NCBI GenBank assembly: GCA_036172245.1 | Contig: JAYWIR010000188.1 | Span: 1 to 36,114 of the forward strand | From: Raillietiella orientalis | Lineage: Eukaryota | Reading direction: 5' to 3' | Length of the DNA stretch: 36,114 nt | Part shown: piece after piece, positions 31,679-36,114 of the stretch | Position numbering within the stretch: the first letter of the stretch is position 1 | Layout: each line of letters opens with the position of its first letter | Program-made: the position numbers and the translations under genes | Notes under the pieces: model-generated | The model's input: the letters and a program-made list of their open reading frames with translations, nothing else | Database searches by the model: none | Told to the model about the DNA's origin: nothing

Positions 31679-34600
31679 ATGGCCACCTTCCTGTCGACTG
31701 TCAGGAGCATCAACATCACCTCCTGGAACGTGAATGGATTGTGGAACCCGGAGAAGAGACGGATGGTCACGCGGACCATCGAGCGTGACCACATCGTGTG
31801 CCTTCAGGAAACCCACGAGCTCGAACATCAGACCATCTTGGAGCTGGAACGACGACTGGACGCCCAGCTGTTCGTGAGCCCGGGCCAGAAAAGGACCAAA
31901 GGCGTGGCGATGCTCGTGAAGAACGAGATCGCACACACCATCCTGGAAACCTTTTCACCTTGGCCCGGCCGAATCGTCGGAGTGAGGATGTCCTGGTCCG
32001 GAAACGTTCACCTGTTCCTGGTGAACGTGTACGGGCCACACCGTGGAAAACATCGCTGCGCGGAGGCCGTGCAGTCTCTGCTTCGCAGCAAAGCTTCGGC
32101 AAAGGACATCGTGATCGTCGGGGGTGACTTCAACATGCTGGACAACATAACTCAGTCCAAGGATGCACGGGGAAGAACGGCGTATCGGCGGCTGTCGGAC
32201 GAGTTCGGACTGCAATGGCTGACCGCCAGCAGCAAGCCGATCGACCACGTCCTCTTCAGCGAAGACATCGCGAATCGTGTGCAAGGCTTCCGGGAGTCTC
32301 CATCCGTACTCTCGGATCATCCCCTGCTACGATTCACGCTGAAAACAGAGAACCCCCGAAGAAAGGAAGGCGCGCGGGCTGCATTAGTATGCATGCCCGC
32401 ATGGTTCCAGACGCATCCCTGTCACCAGGAATTGATCGAGGCGATCCTGCGCAGCACCACCATTCGCAGGGTCGCCGACTGGGACAGGTTGAAGCGAACC
32501 ATCCATCTGTTCAGTAATATGCAATACGGCGACAGGAAGATGAGGACGGAAGCGTACCGCGAGCTTGAACAGCAGCAAGATCGCTCGTTCTCGAAGTACT
32601 GGCCCCAGTACGAGAGCCGGTACGTCTTCAAGACGGTCAAAGGAGAAGTTGGAGTGCTGGAAAGGAGGAACATCGCCAGCGACGTTTTCTCCATCCGGCA
32701 CGCAGATGAAGTCAGGCACACGTCCGAAGGAATCGCGGAGGCGTTCCACCATCATTACGCCTCGCACTTCCGACGAAGACTTCTGTGCCCGACAGAACAA
32801 GAGAACATTCTGCGGTACCTGCATCCGCGTGTAAGGAAAGAACACCAGGAAAAAATGGAAGCCGAGATCTCCCCAGAGGAAATCAAGATCGCTTTCGCTG
32901 GACTGCGCAAGGATGTGGCGGCAGGTCCCGATAGTGTTCCCATCTCGCACTATCAGCGGTACCTGCACGCCTACCTTCGCTTGTTCCACGAACTGACAAA
33001 CGCCATCCAGGAAGAAGGAAGACTTCCAGCATCGTTCCACGAGGGAAGGATGAAACTGCTGCCGAAGGGAGGCGACCTGATGGAAGTCACCCAATGGCGG
33101 CCGATCACCATCCTGAACACGGATGCCAAGTGGCTGGCGAAGATCTGGGCCAACCGCTTAAGAATGGCGATGCCATCCGTCGTGTCTGCTACCCAGACAT
33201 GCGCGGTGCCCGGACGAAGCATGACTGCGAACGTGAAGTGCGCCCTGGCCACGATCGGTTATTGCCGATACGTGGGCGAAGACCTGGTGCTTGGGCTCAC
33301 GGATATGGAGAAGGCGTTCGACACCGTGGACCACTCGATGTTGCTGAAGATCTTGAGGAAACTGGGCTTCCCAAGCATCTTCATGCATTACCTGGAATGG
33401 ACCCTGGCGGAGCAAATCGTGAAGATCAGGATCAACGGACTTGAGACGGCAGCAATTCGGATGGAAAGGGGTGTCCGCCAAGGTGACGCCCTGAGCCCGA
33501 TGCTGTTCGTGCTGTACATGGAGGCGGTGTCCGCGATTATAGATCGGGGCAGCCGCCTCCAAGGAATAAAAATCGACAGCCAGCAGCTGACACACCTTGC
33601 GTATGCGGACGATCTGCTGTTCTTCCTGAAGGACGAACGTGATCAGGAAGCATTCCTAGGTGTTGTCAAGCAGATGGAAAATGGACTAGGACTCAAGATC
33701 AACTGCCAGAAGAGCCACCTGCTGCCAATCGGGATCATGGACCTCTCAGTACTTCAAGAGGCCGGATTCCGAGCGGCTGACACCGTCAAGTACCTGGGTA
33801 TCCGCCTCGGCGAAGAGACTGCGTCTCGCTGCCTGTGGCAGGAGATCCTGGGTAAGGTCACCGACGAAGCCACCAAGTACACCAGAGTCGACTTCAACAT
33901 GAAGCGGAGGACTGCCTTGTGGAACGGAGTGCTCCTTCCCAAGGTTCTCTACGGAGCAGCCTTCTGCCGAATGGACAAGAAAACGAAGGAAGAACTGGAA
34001 AGGCTACAAAGAAAGATCCTCTGGCGGGAGTATAGACCCAGGGTACGGCTGAAACTTCTGTGCCGCCCACGCGAACACGGTGGGACCGGGATGAAGCTGC
34101 TGCAACACTCCGTGGAATGCATGGATGCGCGGCAGCTCCTGGATCTCACCAGAAGTTGGGAAGACTGGCCCTATGCAGCGCACCGGGCGTACTCGAAGCT
34201 GTTGAACGGCTCGAGAGGCCTGATGTCAGCGCTCATAGGTGCCACAGGACACTGGATCAACATCGACCCTACGTGGAAGCGGAAGCAGGCACTGGTGAGA
34301 ACCCAAGGGTTCAAAATCGTGCCTCGCAGCTCCGAGATATGGGACGAAGAACTGGCCATGGTGATACCTCACTTGATCCCGATGCCAAGGGAGACGGTGA
34401 ACTGGTTGAACCAAAGGCCTAGATTGAACATCCGACGGTGCGAGCAGTTCGCTACCAGTGCCAGCCGGCACCAACTGCGACTGCATCGCCTGACCACGAC
34501 CTTGAGGGGTGGTTTCAATCATCGCACCCGGGAACTTTGGAAAGAGCAGCCGCAGGAGTCGTGGCTGCTGATGACCAAAGATAACATCAGGGTGGAAACG

Positions 34601-35206
34601 GCGCGAAAACACCAAGACCTGGATGCCCTCAACGCAGCCTCGTGCCGTTACGGCCCAGCACATGCCAATGTGGTGGCCGTCGGGGCTGCACTGATGAGGA
34701 GCGACCTACCTCCGGACACTCAGGACGACCTCCTGTTGTTCTTCAACGGAGGCATTCTGAGTGGATCCAGATTGCGGCACTGGACCGGGAGACAACAAGA
34801 TGGATTCTGCTTGGCGTGTGGGGAAGAGGAAACCCAACTCCACGTACTCACCTGCCCCACGCTGCGTCCGGACTGGAAGGCGGTAAAGGCGGTGACGTGC
34901 CTGCAGAGGAAGACTGCGATGCAGATCCTGTGGGGATTGTTTCAGGGGACAGGAGTGGTTCCCCTGTACAATCCGATGGTTTTGACGACGCTGGCCCTCT
35001 TCATCACAGCCATTGTGATAAGAAGGGCCAAGATGTACACACAGCGACGACAAGTGCCGGCTTGGGACATTCTCAGCGGCCTTGTTCGGAAGGAAATCGG
35101 GATTAGGAGTTGCGGAAGAATCGCCGCCTGGACGTACCGTTACATCTTGATGAAGATGGTCGAGTACTCCCAGGCACAAAGGACGATCCCACCCTCCGCC
35201 CCTTAA
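31679..35206 (+). CDS. ORF2 polyprotein: AP-like endonuclease, reverse transcriptase and C-terminal CCHC finger (1175 aa)
   Basis: APE motifs WNVNGL, LQETH, NVYGP, GDFN, IDHV and SDH. RT motifs WRPITILNTDAK, DMEKAFD, GVRQGDALSP, YADD and KYLG. Finger CLACGEEETQLHVLTC. Confidence 0.97.
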   Translation: MATFLSTVRSINITSWNVNGLWNPEKRRMVTRTIERDHIVCLQETHELEHQTILELERRLDAQLFVSPGQKRTKGVAMLVKNEIAHTILETFSPWPGRIVGVRMSWSGNVHLFLVNVYGPHRGKHRCAEAVQSLLRSKASAKDIVIVGGDFNMLDNITQSKDARGRTAYRRLSDEFGLQWLTASSKPIDHVLFSEDIANRVQGFRESPSVLSDHPLLRFTLKTENPRRKEGARAALVCMPAWFQTHPCHQELIEAILRSTTIRRVADWDRLKRTIHLFSNMQYGDRKMRTEAYRELEQQQDRSFSKYWPQYESRYVFKTVKGEVGVLERRNIASDVFSIRHADEVRHTSEGIAEAFHHHYASHFRRRLLCPTEQENILRYLHPRVRKEHQEKMEAEISPEEIKIAFAGLRKDVAAGPDSVPISHYQRYLHAYLRLFHELTNAIQEEGRLPASFHEGRMKLLPKGGDLMEVTQWRPITILNTDAKWLAKIWANRLRMAMPSVVSATQTCAVPGRSMTANVKCALATIGYCRYVGEDLVLGLTDMEKAFDTVDHSMLLKILRKLGFPSIFMHYLEWTLAEQIVKIRINGLETAAIRMERGVRQGDALSPMLFVLYMEAVSAIIDRGSRLQGIKIDSQQLTHLAYADDLLFFLKDERDQEAFLGVVKQMENGLGLKINCQKSHLLPIGIMDLSVLQEAGFRAADTVKYLGIRLGEETASRCLWQEILGKVTDEATKYTRVDFNMKRRTALWNGVLLPKVLYGAAFCRMDKKTKEELERLQRKILWREYRPRVRLKLLCRPREHGGTGMKLLQHSVECMDARQLLDLTRSWEDWPYAAHRAYSKLLNGSRGLMSALIGATGHWINIDPTWKRKQALVRTQGFKIVPRSSEIWDEELAMVIPHLIPMPRETVNWLNQRPRLNIRRCEQFATSASRHQLRLHRLTTTLRGGFNHRTRELWKEQPQESWLLMTKDNIRVETARKHQDLDALNAASCRYGPAHANVVAVGAALMRSDLPPDTQDDLLLFFNGGILSGSRLRHWTGRQQDGFCLACGEEETQLHVLTCPTLRPDWKAVKAVTCLQRKTAMQILWGLFQGTGVVPLYNPMVLTTLALFITAIVIRRAKMYTQRRQVPAWDILSGLVRKEIGIRSCGRIAAWTYRYILMKMVEYSQAQRTIPPSAP

Positions 35207-35324
35207 CCCTAGGAACACATACAGACCAATTGTGAAAGTGAAATGTATCACGGTCATACAGACATTAAAAGTTTTAATGAATGTGAATTAGGATGATTGG
35301 AGTGAAAGGAATTTTGTTGGTTGC

Positions 35325-35360
35325 AATAAATTCACCCCACCGCTTGTCGGACTTGGGGAC
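35325..35360 (+). terminator. Element 3' end: AATAAA plus hairpin CCCCA-CCG-CTTGT-CGG-ACT-TGGGG
   Basis: A related motif ends the family S copies at 15252-15216 and about 20816-20785. Confidence 0.7.
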
Positions 35361-35361
35361 A

Positions 35362-35502
35362 ATCTTGGTCACCATGGAGATCCCTCCAGAGTGAGGCTCG
35401 ATCATTGCACTGCGATTGGGCTGACCTCTGCGATAACCCCAAACGTGGGTTACTCGGAAGCATAATTTTTAGGCTGGGAGACTGCGTTCGCGCGGACTCC
35501 TG
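35362..35502 (+). pseudogene. U1: 5'-truncated U1 snRNA copy (nt 23 to end)
   Basis: Reads identical to 29832-29972 (offset 5530) and lacks the ATACTTACCTGG splice-site pairing end. Confidence 0.95.
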
Positions 35503-36114
35503 CGAATTTCTTCAAAGTAAGTGGTTTTTTTCGAGTGCTGTGTGGAAAGTGGTGCCACAGACCGTGGACTTTGCCCCACTACCCAGTGTGTGATGGAGGA
35601 CGTTGCCCACGGGATCGGCCCCAGTTGGAGTGGAAGCAGGAGGGCAGGGGGGACTGTCCTTCAGGCGGCGGTGGAGGCCGGTAGAGGCGCTGGCGGTGAC
35701 ATCGGCGAAGGGCTGAACGCAGCGTGCGCGGGAGCGGCGTCCCCTGCAACGCCTGCTGCCCGTATCGATCCGCCCCGCGTCGTACGCGGCGGCAGCAGCG
35801 GCGGCGCCACCCGCCGGGAATGCGGCGGCGGTGGAAATCGGTCGGCTCTTCGGGAGGCCTCCGGAGAAACTGAGATCCCTGTCCAACCAACAAGGTACAT
35901 CCTGGACGACGAGGATGAGCCTATACTCGTCCTGCCGGCAGATGTCAAGCCGGTAGTTTTTAACGGCGGTCCCCTTCGTTTGGCAAACGTGAAGGACATT
36001 TACATCGCCCTTCATCAGAAAAACGTCGATATGGACGTAGTTCAGGCCGTGATTCCGTGTGGGAACGGTTTCACCATTTACACGTCGTGCGATCCCCTCA
36101 TCGAGGCACTTTGC
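35503..36114 (+). mobile_element. 5' part of the next tandem family S copy (ORF1 with indels); runs off the window edge
   Basis: Identical to 29973-30031, indel-rich over about 35560-35880, then nearly identical to about 30350-30590. Confidence 0.93.

Larger units (their letters stand above)
29973..35360 (+). mobile_element. Near-intact Tx1/L1-clade non-LTR retrotransposon (family S)
   Basis: Two-ORF layout with a 6-nt spacer, a short 3' UTR with AATAAA (35325) and a terminal hairpin. Flanked by U1 sequence on both sides. Confidence 0.95.

Noticed and set aside
31679..35206. Prokaryotic RT system (retron, group II intron, DGR) or CRISPR array
   Set aside because: The APE-RT-CCHC layout, gag-like ORF1 and spliceosomal snRNAs indicate eukaryotic non-LTR elements. 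No repeat-spacer array is present.
29832..35561. The ~200-bp direct repeats read as LTRs
   Set aside because: The repeat is U1 sequence plus 5' UTR. The element encodes APE-RT with no protease, integrase or primer-binding site.
35560..35880. Indel cluster in the last copy as proof that it is older
   Set aside because: Divergence is patchy, with identical or near-identical flanks, so it could reflect low-quality sequence. It is treated only as weak support.
1..36114. Numerous overlapping antisense and alternate-frame ORFs in the track (e.g. 96-800, 7041-7970, 32384-33094)
   Set aside because: They are shadows of GC-rich retrotransposon ORFs and show no independent motifs.

Overview
Eukaryotic, retrotransposon-saturated window with no recognisable host protein gene. 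All calls are by eye; no database searches were run. The left part (1-13.7 kb) is a patchwork of fragmented, partly inverted L1/Tx1-type non-LTR elements ('family L'), plus one remnant of a restriction-like-endonuclease (NeSL/Utopia/R2-type) element. The right part (13.7-36.1 kb) holds the main finding: spliceosomal snRNA sequences alternate with copies of a second Tx1-like family ('family S'). On the minus strand the order is a short U1-like Sm RNA (28741) > element > U5 (24835-24718) > element > U4 (20760-20620) > element > 5'-truncated U5 (15214-15121) > element. On the plus strand it is full U1 (29810-29972) > near-intact element (ORF1 with one frameshift, open 1175-aa APE-RT-CCHC ORF2) > 5'-truncated U1 (35362-35502) > next element. 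Each family S copy with a visible 5' end starts right after an snRNA-like sequence. The recognisable 3' ends lie within about 40 nt of the next snRNA start. This suggests an snRNA-headed, snRNA-targeting retrotransposon that rebuilds its target gene, which is an inference.
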